64,000 nucleotides of DNA from contig OZ316892.1 in NCBI GenBank assembly GCA_973895155.1, positions 29,642,932 to 29,706,931 on the forward strand, written 5' to 3'. The notes under the pieces were generated by a model. That model searched no databases, had not been told where the DNA came from, and saw nothing but the letters and a program-made list of their open reading frames with translations. Made by a program: the position numbers and the translations under genes. Shown here in pieces: positions 1-14,486 of this stretch (the first letter of the stretch is position 1; the number at the start of each line of letters is the position of its first letter). This stretch comes from Marsupella aquatica (lineage: Eukaryota > Plantae > Marchantiophyta).

Positions 1-50
1 AACGTTCTCATTTTGCTGCTCATCATTTCTGAGTGTGATAATTGGTCAGA

Positions 51-2591
51 ATGGAGACAAACCGCATGAAATTATGGCAGGAGTTCGAAGCGAGAAAACT
101 GACTTCATGGCTGGAGTTCATATCTGGAGAGTCGAAAGTAATAATCTGCTTGATCTATGCTTGCAAAGGACCTGTTCCAGAAGAGGTACTGGGACTTTTG
201 TATGCAGCTGCAAACCTTTCAAAGGATTTTCTCTTGTCAATGCATGACTTATCTCCCCTTTATGGAAACTACCTTACGCAGACTATTAGTACGGTTGCAC
301 CCTGGACAGATGACGCGCGGGGTCGTTTTAATCCGGGAGACTTTAGAGCATGGTCTCTTTCGTCTCCGTTAAGGGACTACATGGACATGAATATGGCTGG
401 TCATGGGACCATTCGGTCTCTACTCAACACTTTGCTTCGTGTTCACGAGCGAAGTGATCAATACAACCGGGACTCCCAAACAGAAGCCTTTGACTGCGAG
501 AGGACGAAGGTGGTGACTGCTCTTCGTGCTTTATACTTCGACCAGACTCATAGGGACGAGGCTGTGCGGGATGCGGGAACTCGGGCAGCGACCGCATGCT
601 CGCGAATCGAATCAAACGATAGTAGATATGAATGTAGGAGAGCAATTGAGCCAATAATCTGGTTACTGCATCAGTCACTAAAGGATGACGGCGAAATGAC
701 AGTATTACAACTCCGCTCGGTGAGACGGGTACTTCTCATTGCCCCTAAAGAGTCTTTTGCCCTTTTATGCAGACCCCGAATTATAGTTTAGTTCTACACA
801 ATCAGCCCCTATGTCATCTACATTTTGGAATCCTCTATTACGTTGTTGTTTTCAAGTGCACCATATGACCTTTCGAAAAGCATTGTGATACAACTGAAAC
901 AGTTTTGAAGGCATTTTTTTGTGCTGCACGTATTTCACTCACGATGATTCTTTCTGTGGCAGATATTCCTTAAGTACGTCTATGAACGCCAGCTTGATGA
1001 CTCAAACATCTCGGTTCTGTTGAGATTTGATAGTTATGCTTTAGCACCCATAGCAGCTCTCACGGCTATCCACCGCATTTACTCTGTACTTGAGACCCCT
1101 TTACTAAATGAACATCACCTTGGCTTTTTGGAGGTTCTTGGGGACCATTTGAAATCGGACGAGAATGTACACATTAGAATTCAGAAGGCCGCCTGTGATG
1201 CGCTGCTTTCTATTTCCAGTTTTTTCCGCAAGGTCGATGCGCAAGAGTCAATGGCCGTTGTTGTCAATACACCTGGTATTTTGGCTGCGTTGGAAAGCTT
1301 AATGAAAGATTCCGCTGCCTGCATCACTTCACGATCTGCAAATATACTTGCAAGAAGTGCAATTGGCGCCTTAGACGATCTTTCATGTGCCAGTGAGGAG
1401 TCAGCCAAACTCCGCATTCTAAAGGAAGACAGGATAATTACGCTCCTCGCCATAGCTTTGTGCAAGGATGACAATCCTCCTTTACAGGATATGGCAGCGA
1501 GCATTTTCGGCAATCTAACGTATGGAATGGGATACAAAGCTCTCCAAATTCTGAACGAACACGAGGAACGTCCAGCGTCTCCTTCGGAGAACCTACGATA
1601 CCAAGTGTGGTCCAAAAGGGAAGAAGGGGCTCTCTCAGGCCTTGTGAGGTTGTTGTCCAACAATAATAATCCCCAGTTGCAAAAACGGGCAGCACGGGCT
1701 TTGATGAATCTCACAGCCGGACACGGAAACGGAAGGGAAAGATTAAATATCCAAATTCTAAACCAACCCACGGCTCTTGCAGAGCTTGTGAAGTTGATTT
1801 CAAAAGATGATTATCCCAGTTTGCAAGAAGCTGCCGCAGGGTCTTTGATGAATTTAGCTTTCGGACCGGAGTCGTTGCGACTCGAAATATTGCAGGAGGA
1901 TGGAGCCATCGCAGCCCTTGTGAAGTCTTTGTCGAAGGACAGCAATCCTGGTTTGCAAGAGTATGCGGCTGCGACTTTGAATTATCTAACACACGGACGG
2001 GAAAGCAGGAATATCGAAATTTTGAAGGAACCCATGGCTCTTGTAAACCTTGTGAGGTCATTGTCCAAGGACGATCAACCCAATTTGCAAATACACACCG
2101 CAGCGGCTATGTGGGCTCTCTCTAGTGCAGAGGAGTCGACAAAACTCCGAATTGTGCAGGAAGATGGGGCTCTCGCAAATCTTGTAAGGTCATTGTCCAA
2201 GGACGATTGTCCCAGCTTACAAGAAGCTGCCGCGGGGGCGTTGATGGAGCTCACAAAAGGAAAGGAGTCATTGCAACTCGACATTTTAACGGAAGATGGA
2301 GCTCTGGCAGCACTTGTGAAGTCTTTGATGAAGGTCGACAATCCCCGTTTGCAGGAAAATGCGGCACAGGCTTTGAACAATCTAGCAGACGGATCTGAAA
2401 CAATTCGTATCGAAATTATGAAGGAGCCCATGGCAATTCCAAATCTTGTCATGTCACTGTCCAAGCATGATAATCCCAAGTTGCAGGAATATGCAAGAGG
2501 GGCTTTGACTCATTTAGTGTGCGGACAGAAGTCATTGCAAATGGCCATTTCAGAGGAATATGGAGATATTGCAGCGCTTTTCAAGAATTAG
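51..2591 (+). CDS. ARM-repeat protein with N-terminal winged-helix-like region, copy 1 (exons 51-728, 963-2591; ~768 aa, C-terminally truncated)
   Basis: ORFs 42-791 and 1020-2591 join in frame through a phase-0 intron (CGG|GTACTT at 729; GGCAG|ATATTC at 962) found at the same position in copy 2. About 8 44-aa ARM units (EDGALAxLVxSLSKDDxPxLQExAAxALxxL). The start codon is uncertain because the window begins just upstream. Confidence 0.8.
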
Positions 2592-2775
2592 AGGGACGAC
2601 AATCCCCGTTTGCAACAATGGGCAGCACAGTTTTGATGAAGGACCACAATCCCCGTTTGCAAGAATGTGCGGCGCAGGGTTGGAAAATCTATTATACGGA
2701 GGACAAAGAATAAGAATTGAAATAGTGATGGAACCTATGGTTCTTGCGAGGTCTTACGAGGTCATTGTCCAAGAA
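2592..2775 (+). pseudogene. Degenerate ARM-repeat tail beyond the copy 1 stop codon
   Basis: After TAG (2589-2591), frameshifted units RDDNPRLQQWAAQ, KDHNPRLQECAAQ and GGQRIRIEIVMEPM continue. Confidence 0.75.
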
Positions 2776-3956
2776 TCTTTCGGGATTGAGCACGCTGCAT
2801 GTCGAATGGTACCTGCTTATCTGAATAATGGATCGTTCGGGTCTGTTTTGAGATGTCCTGAATGTTCGCAGCCACTCCGAACCGTACGTCGATGAAGAAG
2901 CAGCTGTGGATGACAGCTTACTGCAAGATTCTGGTCTGGGCATACCTGCAACTTTTGTGGCGTATCGCTATGGGTTTTCGAAACCAGCTCTTGTACTGCT
3001 TGCAACATTGTAGCGTAGGTACCAGTGCCTTTCTAAAGCTGCGAAGCAAATTGCTCCGTCAGATCAGCGTTTGCTAACTTCTTGTGTTCCGTTCTTTGCC
3101 TCGGTTGGTGATCTAGGACTTTTGATACCCGGAACTCTTGGTATCTTCACCCTCAGTCTCAAGCAGTCAGAAACTCAGGGCACCAAGTCGCAATTAAAAG
3201 TGAACAGCTTAAGGTAATAACTTCCTGGACCATCGCAAAAGAGAAGAGTCCCGTCGTAAGAGGGGTTTCTGAGTATTACAATACTGTGTATTAAAGGTAA
3301 GGGCCCAGGCAATAAAATCATCCTCCTTGATAATGACCCCCAAAACAATTGTCTGTAAAAGTCTTCAAGTTGCGTCAAAATAAAGACCCATAGGCGTCGA
3401 CTCCTGTGACAGAAGCCAAACATCTAGAAGAGAAACAACAATCCTTTGGTACAGAAACCTTATCGCAGAACCAAAGGGTAAGGAATTTAAAATCTTCAAC
3501 CATAACACCCACTCATGCTTAGATACACAGTACTTGGGTACGCAGGTAATAACACCACTCATCGACCCATTTGTTCTCTTTGAAATATATTGCATCGTAG
3601 AAAATCCACAGCCTGCTGGGATTGATACTCAGTAAAATGAACGACTTGGAAGTCGCGCCCCTGTTCCTGTCTCGACCAGAGACATGTTCTTTCTTCAGAG
3701 TTCCAGGTCATACAAGACTACATAAAGGTCACCTTTGCAGAAAACGCAGGATCCCTTAGGTATCCATTAAAAACAGGTCAGGATTTCCCTCCTCCTGTCT
3801 CCTATCATTCGGCAGAGAAGCTAGAAAATGGGGGAAAGTGGCCATGAGTAAAATGTGATTAAGACAATGTGTAGAAACTTACAGACTGATTTGCGTAACG
3901 TGTGAGCTTGCAAAGTCTCACCTAAATATCTACTACGGTGTCAAAAATTGGCGCTC

Positions 3957-5264
<1,308 letters not shown>

Positions 5265-5412
5265 GTCTTCGATTCGGCCTCCTCGCCTGCAGAATTCCGA
5301 TCTTTCCACGAGAGAATTGAGGGTTTCTCGACGGCTGAGGCCGATAGAGCGAGCTCGAGCTTTGGAGCTCGATGTATAGCGCTCACTGGAGAAGCAACGA
5401 GACGGCCCTTAG

Positions 5413-5421
5413 TTAGGGTTT
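5413..5421 (-). promoter_or_regulatory. Telo-box (AAACCCTAA) upstream of RPL8
   Basis: Exact motif ~150 bp upstream of the ATG; telo-boxes are established elements of plant ribosomal-protein promoters. Confidence 0.6.
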
Positions 5422-5599
5422 CGGGACGGACTGTAAGTTGCTTAGCATTACAGTGTACTGCAATGTACTGTAGGGTTCAGAGAAAGCCCTTCTCGCGGTT
5501 GGGTAGCCGAACTGTAGTTAGATTTCAACCCACCCATGAGACCTAGGGCCACTTAGGATTGGGGCAGGGTCCTTTTGTATTTTGGGTAAATGACTCTTA

Positions 5600-5989
5600 G
5601 AGCCAACTTGCATGTGGGCGACCCTCATTTTCCTGCACTCAACTTAGCAGACAGCATTAAAATATTGATGAGAATTTTGCGCCTCAACCTACTCGTCAGG
5701 TAGGCCTGATTGTAAATATAGTGGACAACCAAGGGCAAAGGCCAAAAACTCTCTACCCTTAAGGTCTCCAGGTTCAGTGCCCCCTACTTTTTGGCAGTTT
5801 GTTCTACAATATATTTCAGGTCGGGTATTTCTCAAATGACAAAAACACAAAAAATAGAGACCACAAAAAGGCTTGTGCAGTTCGCACATAGTAGAGGGCA
5901 ATGAATAGTCTGGAGAATTGGGATCTGCATTCATCCAACAATTTAGGGAGTGCAAATAGTTTGAGAGCCACCCACATGCAAGTTGGCTC
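5600..5989. mobile_element. PIF/Harbinger (Tourist-like) MITE, 390 bp
   Basis: Perfect 19-bp terminal inverted repeats (TIRs) GAGCCAACTTGCATGTGGG / CCCACATGCAAGTTGGCTC, with a TTA target duplication at 5597-5599 and 5990-5992. Confidence 0.85.
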
Positions 5990-6796
5990 TTATGGTAGTG
6001 GAAAAAGTGTTGTACCTGGCTCGTCTAGTCACATTATGACGATTAAATCGCTGTATGGTCAGATCTGGACCATTCATTTGGGCAAATAAGTCACTGAAAA
6101 TTTCCCAAACCTCTTCAAACCAATTGCAAGTGCTTTCACCTGGTAGTAAATGCATGAAATTTGCATGGAAAGGAATTATTGATGAGGAATCTCTGTTGTT
6201 TTCCCCCTACGTTGGCATGACTGCAGTAAGCAAAACATTCATTCCTTTCAGGGTCAAAAAGTTGCTTCTCAAGAATGTTAGACAGAAATTGGAGCATGAT
6301 GCCGCCATTCATCTCAGAAATCTACTTTGACTCAATTGTTTTTGAGCGTTTTGACTCTAATTATTTTTATTTTGAGTATACTTAGTTGTTGGAGTATTTT
6401 GAGTAAATTATTAGAAATCTAAGTTAAAAAAGCACTAGTCGTTGGAATTGGGTGGAGGACATGACTTGCACCTACTCACATTTGCTCCGAATATGCATAA
6501 CTCCAGCACTGGGTCCTCTAAGATTTGGTACCAAAATTGGCCATATGAGATTTGGCTAAGAATGAGGCAACTATTAGGAGGGAAACCGGGACAAGTAGGG
6601 ATCGGATCATTGGGTTTGGCATACACAGTTATACAATCATACCATCTTCTTTAAATTATACGTGACTATACCTGGTCAGAGGTGTTTGGAGAATGGTTAA
6701 CCCCCATGATTGATAGAAGTCCAATTCAACTCTTAACTAGTTTCCTTTCCACTGTCTTGTTACTAACACATAGCTGCTCTCCTAGTACCCCATCAA

Positions 6797-6968
6797 TTTT
6801 TTTTAAATTTAATTAATCAATTATTTAATTTTTAAGGGAAAGCTGTGAAACCCCACAGAAAGGGAAGAGTCAGCCACAATAATTGGGAAGAGTCAGCCCA
6901 CAACATTTGAATTCAAGACCTATCACTCTCTACTCAAGTGAACTAATACAAAGTCATGCCTCTCGGGG
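6797..6968 (-). mobile_element. Putative tRNA-derived SINE
   Basis: Flanked by near-identical ctagtacc(c)catcaa (6782-6796, 6969-6982). The minus strand starts GCCCCGAG, has a degenerate B-box-like GAATTCAAAT and ends in an A/T-rich tail. Confidence 0.55.
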
Positions 6969-7790
6969 CTAGTACCCATCAAAAGTTAATAAAAATACTG
7001 TACTGTTGCTTCTTTTGAAAAATTTCTATCATGCAAACCCTGGTCCAAGCCTAACCACGTATTCTAATAGAGCGGCTATCCCAGTTAGTAACAACCATAG
7101 TCAGTGTCATGATATTTTATCAATCTTGATCAGTTTTGATTTGTGAGCCAAATTGAATAATTTAAAGCACTTTGTCTACATGCAATCTCATGGAAATCCA
7201 CATATGTAATCTATTGAAGATTTTATTGAGCCAAAGAATACCAAAATTGTGGTGTTTACAATTACGAAATGAATAGAAATGAGACAAAGTAAGTCCAAAA
7301 TTAGCAAAAATGCATCACACATTACTACTAGGTGGCTACCCCAATTAGCAACAACCACAGTTATTTCAGGGCATTGCAAAGTAAACATAGAGGCTAGTGA
7401 GTGATTGACATTTTCACTTAGTAGTGGTTGTGATTACATGGAATGATTAATTGCTGCATAGCGAATCTATCAATTATAGGAAGAATGATCAATTTTTTTC
7501 ATTGGTGATCGAGTAGCTTCTGCATTTTTGTTCTACTGTTTCCCTTAGTAGCTTCGATCCTGTCCCGTCCACCCAGTAGATAGGATATTCATTTTTTATT
7601 TCTCAATAGCAAGCTGTAAGCACTTGTAGGGATAACAAGCCAAGTCATCAGGGAAGTTTGCAACTACGACATAGTTGGTACATCAATGTACTCTAGCATG
7701 ACATTTATCTCTACACATTCCATGATGAACTATTTTGCTATTGCATAGTAGCGGAGTGCTATCAGTTGCAACTTTAAAGAACATGGATCG

Positions 7791-7852
7791 GCTAGGAATT
7801 GAAACTAGGACCTCTTGTGTACGTTGTATGCTTACCATTAAGCCAGTCATGC
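7791..7852 (-). repeat. tRNA-like head (SINE fragment or tRNA pseudogene)
   Basis: The minus strand has an A-box TGGCTTAATGG and a B-box-like GTTTCAATTCC at tRNA-like spacing; no intact cloverleaf is evident. Confidence 0.4.
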
Positions 7853-7934
7853 TTGTATTGTCTTTGGTTCAGAGTGTGGTTCATTTCAAACACCCTCCCT
7901 TGAGCCACACTAATTGCTTCAAGAGAGGTTCTTA

Positions 7935-8100
7935 GGGCCAACTCGCATGTGAAGGGTTGGTTCTCAACTTCAGTTATGTTGCACTATGTACGAAGGAGAG
8001 TTTTCTGCCACACCGCCTCCTACACCAGGCCTGACGCAAGTTTTTATGGAGTCCCAAGGGCAAGGGCCGGAAATTTTCAGTGAAGCAATGAAGGCCTGAG
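7935..8100. mobile_element. Left part of a Harbinger MITE related to 5600-5989
   Basis: TTA|GGGCCAACTCGCATGTG terminus and internal similarity (aggcctga...ccaagggcaa.ggcc); no right TIR seen. Confidence 0.55.
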
Positions 8101-9085
8101 GTCAGAAATGAAAACAATTGTAAGTGACGGTTTTCAATTTACATTATCGGGCAAGAGATAAGGTCAATTTCTCAGATCAGTCTTTTTGATTGTTCTATCG
8201 GGACTTGAAACTGAGATACGCTTGAGCGCCTTGTCTTTCTAGATGTTTCGATATCAATATCGTTGAATTCTGTCAAACGGTTGAGAAACAATCTTAATTT
8301 CAATTCTCGTTTTTTGAGCTCAAAATTTTGGCTATGGCGGATAACTTAATATAAGTCACTTTCACCGAATTGCTTCTCCCTCATTACTCCACCGTTTTGC
8401 AAGTTCTTTATATCAATCTTGATGCCCTTGAAGTCTAGTTTCTAAATCTGAAATCAAAATTGGATTTCGTCAAAAACTGAGACGGGAATTTGAGTGAATC
8501 CGCCGAGGGGTACTTTCTGCCGCGAATAGTCGCGACTTCCGCGGACGCGCGAGGAGGTCGAAAACTTTGAGGAGGCCTTTTAGGGCTCGACAAGGCTCGG
8601 GCAGGGGGAAGTGCCCCCTGTGAAGTCCCCCACAGGGGCTGTACAAGGGCGGACGGAATTTCCCGAAAAGATTCTTTTCCAGAGGCTTAAATTTTTATCG
8701 AAGGTCAAAGATTCCGAGTGGCAAACAAAATCGGATCAACTTCAACTTTTGAAGAGGCGTACTTGGGGAAGCTAGGCAAGTATTGGTGCGTTTGATTTTG
8801 AAAAAGTACACTAGTGGAATCTTTGGCATAAGAGATTCCCTCGAGGGGTAATTATTTCATCTTTAACCCCTCTCCGGTCGGAGTAAAAATTCTCGGCACT
8901 CGAGAGTCCATTTGACAAACCGTTTTTAGAATTCGGAGCGTTGTCTTGTGGGCTACACATAGGAGTGATCAATTTCAAAATTCACCAACTTTCATTTTTG
9001 GCCTTATTTTCACACCCCACATCTGAGCATTTGACGTTTATTTCTTGTCGGAAGGCGACTCCACACTACATTTGGCATTCCAACA

Positions 9086-12000
9086 ATGACGACTACTAGG
9101 ATTGGAGGTCAAAGGTTTGAGGTGAAAAAATTTGATGGTTGGATGGACTATACAATGTGGGAACGTAACGTGAGGGATGGACTTAGGGCGATGGGCCTAG
9201 GCAAGGTACTAAGATCTCAACCCAAGGAGATGGAAGATGATGATTGGCATGATCTCCAAGATCAAGCGGTAAGTATTGTTGGCATGTACCTGAAAAACAA
9301 TGTGAAGAAGCAGTTCGAGGAAAAAGCAACACAAACGATGACGGACTTGTTTCAAGCATTACGCAACAAGTACTACAAGAAGGAGATGTCAAACCGAATG
9401 TATGCAAGCCTGAAGCTCATGCAATTCAAAATGGCTGATGGAGTCAAGATTCAAGATCATATCGATCAGTTCAATGATCTTGTGGTTGACCTAGAGAATT
9501 TGGGGGAGCATTTGAGCGAAGAAAAGAAAGCCTTACAACTCTTGAGCTCACTACCACCTTCGTACCAATCTTTGTCTCGAGTTCTTCTATTCCGTGATAA
9601 GACAACTATATCCTACAATGATGTGGTGAGTGCCCTGTTGACCGATGACATGCAGTCTAAGCTGGTTTCTTCAGCTCATCCTACCTCAACCTCATCATCA
9701 ACAGCACTGTTGGTAGAAAGAGGCAAATCAAGGGAGCCATCTCATGAAAACAAAAGGTTTAACCCACTTCCCATGGAGCGAGGAAGGTTCCACGACCGAT
9801 CTTTTGGTAGGAGGAGGTTTAGATCCAGATCTAGATCTCGATCCAAATCACCATCCAAGTCTACTCGTGAGATAAAGTGTTGGAAGTGTGACAAAGTGGG
9901 CCACATGAAGAAGGATTGTCGCGTCAAAGACACATTCAAGGAAGTTGCCGTTTCTTCAGCCCAAGTAGTTGTTCGAGAAGAGGATAGTTAAGTATTTGCA
10001 TTGTGTATCACTTCCCAAGTTGAGGATTGTCAATGGATGTTGGATTCCGCTTGCTCGTATCACATGTGCTATATGCGTGAACTTTTCTCATCCTACACTC
10101 CTATCAACGGATTTGTTTTGATGGGAAATAATCATTCTTGCAAAGTTTTAGGGATTGGATCCGTAAAGATTCAACTACCCGGTGGTAAGTACTGTACTCT
10201 ATCAAATGTCAGACACATTCCAAAAATGTGTAAGAATTTGATATCTCTTGGCTACTTGGATGCGAAGGGTTATCAATGGAGTGCAACTGATGGGGTGTTA
10301 ACAGTCACGCATGGATCAACTGAAGTTCTTATTGGCAAGAGGAAAAAAAAATCTATGTCTTGGAAGGCACCACACTTCTTGCCGAAGTCAATTTGGTCAC
10401 ATCTCAGGAGGAGAAAATCAATTTATGGCATGCTCGGCTTGGTCACATGAGTGAAAAAAGTTTGGAAATCCTACACAAGCGACATCTCCTACCAGGATTG
10501 CAAGCATGCAAGTTGAGTTTTTTGTGATCATTGCATTGTCGGCAATAAAACAAAAACTCCATTTCCGACTGCCATTCATCATTCTAAAGTTGTACTTGAG
10601 TATATTCATTCCGATGTGTGGGGTCCTCCTCCGGTTTCCTCACATTCAGGAAAACAATACTATGTATCGTTTATCGATGATTACTCAAGGTTTGTTTGGA
10701 TTTATTTCATTTCCCATAAGTTTGAAGTGCTTTCCATCTTCAAACAATGGGTAGCTCAAGTTGAGACACAGACTGCAAAGAATGTGAGATATCTACGATC
10801 AGATAATGGTGGTGAATACACCTCTCGCGAATTCAACACATATTGTGCAAATAAGAGAATTACCCACCATCTCACAACTGTGTACACTCCTGAGCAAAAT
10901 GGTGTTGCTGAGCGACTCAACCACACATTGTTGGAGCGAGCAAGGAGCATGTTGAGCCACTCTAAATTGCCACAAATCTTTTGGGCAAAAGCTATCAACA
11001 TAGCTGCTTATCTAGTAAATCTCTCTCATAGTCGGGCAATTACTTACAAAATCCCCTTTGAGCTATGGCATAATCGACCTGCTGATTATTCAAAGCTTAA
11101 GGTTTTTGGCTGTGAAGCATATGCACATGTTCCTAGCAACAATAGGACTAAGCTAGATCCTAGAGCCCAGAAATGCATTTTTCTTGGTTATCAGCGTGAA
11201 GTTAAAGGTTATCGATTGTGGGATCCAGTTGATTGCAAGTTACTTGTTAGTCGGGATGTATCCTTCAATGAAGACAAATCATTGAAGGAGGAGGAGATAG
11301 ATCAATTTCCTACTACTAACAAAGAGCAATCTCCTCCTCTAGAGGATATAAGGGGAAAGGATGTGTCAGATAACGAATATGTTGACACCACTGTAAGGCA
11401 AAGCACACTACAATCAGATCAGCCAAAGTCTTCAGTGCAAAGAGGAACTTGAAAACGTCAAGCCCGGGAAAGGTATGGAACTTGGCTTCCTTCTGATCAA
11501 GTGGATTTGGATGAAAAATCTATTGATGCATTGGTGACAGAAGATGGAGATCCATCCTCATTTCGAGAGGTCCTAGCTTCTATGGAGAAGCAATAGTGGT
11601 AGGCGACGATGCGCATGGAAATAAAATCACTTCATGATAACAAGACTTGGGAATTCACAAGTCTACCTAGTGACAAGCAGGCTGTTAACAACAAGTGGGT
11701 GTATGGGAAGAAAGATGGACCCACGGAGGATGCTGAGAAGATATTTAAGGCTCGGTTGGTAGCCAAGGGTTTTACTCAACAAAAAGGTATAGACTACAAC
11801 GAGGTTTTTTCACCTATAGCAAAGTATTCAACAATACGTTTGCTATGTGCTCTTGTAGTTTTATTTGATCTGGTTTTAGCTCAAATGGATGTTGTCACGG
11901 CATTCTTATATGGATCGTTGGATGAGGTGATTTACATGAGGCAACCAGAGGGTTTTGTCCAAAAGGTATTACCAATTTGGTATGCAGGTTGCCAAAATCC

Positions 12001-13118
12001 TTGTATGGATTAAAGCAGAGCCCAAGGCAGTGGAACAAGCGTTTTGATGAATTGTTGAAATCGCTTGGATTTGTGCGAAGCGTGTACGATCCATGTGTTT
12101 ACATAAGGCGTGTGAACAACACAGGTTTTAAGCTTGTCATCCTTGTACTTTATGTGGATGACATGCTCATTGCAACACAGGATAGGGGTGCAGTTGATAA
12201 ACTTAAGGCCCAACTCAGTTCTGAGTTTAAGATGAAGGATTTGGGCACAGCCAAGAGGATCCTAGGCATAGAGATTGTCAGGGATGTTAACAAAGCCAAA
12301 CTTTGGCTGACGCAGAAAAGATATGCAGAGAAGGTACTCTCAAAATTCAACATGGCAGATGCTAAGGCTGTGAGTGTTCCTTTGGCAAGGCATTTCAATA
12401 TTTCTGCAGCATTTTGTCCATCGGATGCGACAGAAAAAAGTTTGATGTCCAAAGTTCCTTATGAAAGTGTTGTGGGTAGTTTAATGTATCTCATGGTATG
12501 CACCCGACCAGACATAGCTTATGCCGTTAGCAAGGTAAGTAGATACATGGCAAATCCAGGAAAAGTTCATTGGGAAGCAGTGAAATGGATTTTGCGCTAC
12601 ATCAGAGGTTCCATTAAGAAGGGTTTATTGTTTGATGCAAGTTTAAACAATATGAAAGTGCTTCAAGGTTATGTGGATGCAGACTACGTAGGTGATCTGG
12701 ATAAGAGGAGATCAACAACTGGATATGTTTTACACTTGCTGGTGGATGCATTAGTTGGAAATCTACTCTCCAAAAGTGTGTTATAAAGTCTACTATGGAT
12801 GCCGAGTATGTAACAGCAGCAGAAGCAACATCAGAGACCATTTGATTGAAAAAGCTTGTCACGGAGATGGGTTTATCACAGGAGTGTGTATATCTTCATT
12901 GTGACAGTCAAAGTGCAATTTACACTGCCAAGAATCAGGTGATGGATGGCAGGGTAAAGCACATTGATGTCCGCTATCATTTCATCCGACAGACATTATC
13001 GGATGATGAATTTGAGCTTGTCAAGATTAATGGAAAGCTTAATCCAGCGGATGCTTTTACCAAAGTATTAGACTCCAATAGTTTTTCAAGGCATTGTAAT
13101 TATTTACAAATATTGTAA
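9086..13118 (+). pseudogene. Copia gag-pol with stops and frameshifts
   Basis: Zn knuckle CWKCDKVGHMKKDC, protease WMLDSACSYHM, integrase FIDDYSR/LRSDNGGEY/EQNGVAER, RT LYVDDMLI, RNase H KHIDVRYHF; broken into six ORF pieces. Confidence 0.95.
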
Positions 13119-13308
13119 ATATAGAGTTAACCAAGAAAATGTCTCTATATGAGTACTCCATCCGATGGCTTATCGGCTACGGCTTAGTTCTAGTTAACCC
13201 TTGCATTAGGGGGAGGGTCTTTTGGCCCTACTGTCTTGAACTTCCCGCGGAGGAACCCTCCCAAGACAATGTTATGAACCCTCCCAAGACGTGAGTCAAG
13301 GGGGAGTT

Positions 13309-13630
13309 TGTAGAGGTTAACTCAGTCTTGGGTTGAACTATGGTTAGTATGTTAACTAGGGTTAGAGTAAACCCTAGTTGAAGAGTTGGTCCTTATCTCT
13401 TCAACTTCTATGTGGTGTGGGAACACACAAGAGAGTTCTCAAGAGAGAACACAACGATATAGCAAGAGATGAGAGCTTGAGAGATGAGAGCTATGGTGAT
13501 GCTTGAGTAGACACATAACCGTTAATAAAGCTTGGTCTTCCCATGGACGTAGCCAACCTTGAGGCGAACCACGTAACTATTGAGCACGTGTATGTTTGGA
13601 GTGTTTTCCTTGATCTGATTTCTCCCCACA
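13309..13630 (+). repeat. 3' LTR of the copia element (~322 bp)
   Basis: Starts TGTAG 2 nt after the polypurine tract and ends CCCCACA; contains AATAAA and the copia-LTR-type motif ccatggacgtag...gaaccacgtaa. Confidence 0.8.
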
Positions 13631-14486
13631 GGCAAAGCAACGGAATGAAGGGGAGGAAAAGAGGGGAAAGGGCCCAAAGAAAAAACAAGCCAAGGGGTCC
13701 CTAACCAAAAGCCTACATAAAAGTAACCAATAAAGGAACCGTGAAGGCTAACACCCTATTGAGCGGAGAACTGAAAACCCTGGTAGAGCTCCGTAGCAAA
13801 CCACAAAGGAGGGTCCCAAAGTGGAATTTGACGGGAGGCCCTAAAACCAACCACCTCAACCCTATGAAGGAGACAAAGGGACTGTTAAAGTTGGAAGATG
13901 CCCACAAACTCATTAGGGCCTGCCAGTGGAAAAAAGGGATTGTGGAGAGGTTGAGTCTATGCAAATAAATGGTGGGGCTTGAATGTCCTTTTTTTTTTTC
14001 CTTTTTTTTTAAATGGGCTTGAATGTCCTTACCTTTATTTGTGTGCAAAGAATAGTAACTCAAGGCTAGTATACAATATTGCTCATTAGTGAATCTAATG
14101 TACGTACAGTAGTGGCCAATCTAGCCCCTCAACCATCCCTTTGGTGCTTCAGCTTCTAGCTTTCTCTCACTGACTCGAATTTCGTCGTGTGGGACATTTC
14201 GTGATTCACGTTAGGGAGATAGCCAACCGCTTTGCATTCTTTAGGCATGCAGAGGAAACCAGAATGGCTAGTGAGCAATATAAAACGAATAAGATGGCAT
14301 CACAAATCACAGCTCTAAATTAAGCAGTGCAGGGTACATTGGTGTAAGATGCTGTTGGCGACTGTGATTTTCCGATCTCTCTTTCGAATTGATACCACAG
14401 CAAAAGTGTGGAGACTAGCTCGTGCGAACATTCTTATTTTGCTGCTCATCGTTACTTTCTAAAAGAGTGGTAATTGGCCTGTGAGT

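Larger units (their letters stand above)
8110..13630 (+). mobile_element. Ty1/copia LTR retrotransposon, 5'-truncated and decayed
   Basis: gag-PR-IN-RT-RNaseH order, polypurine tract AAGGGGGAG at 13298-13306, 3' LTR TG...CA. The left boundary is approximate. Confidence 0.93.
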
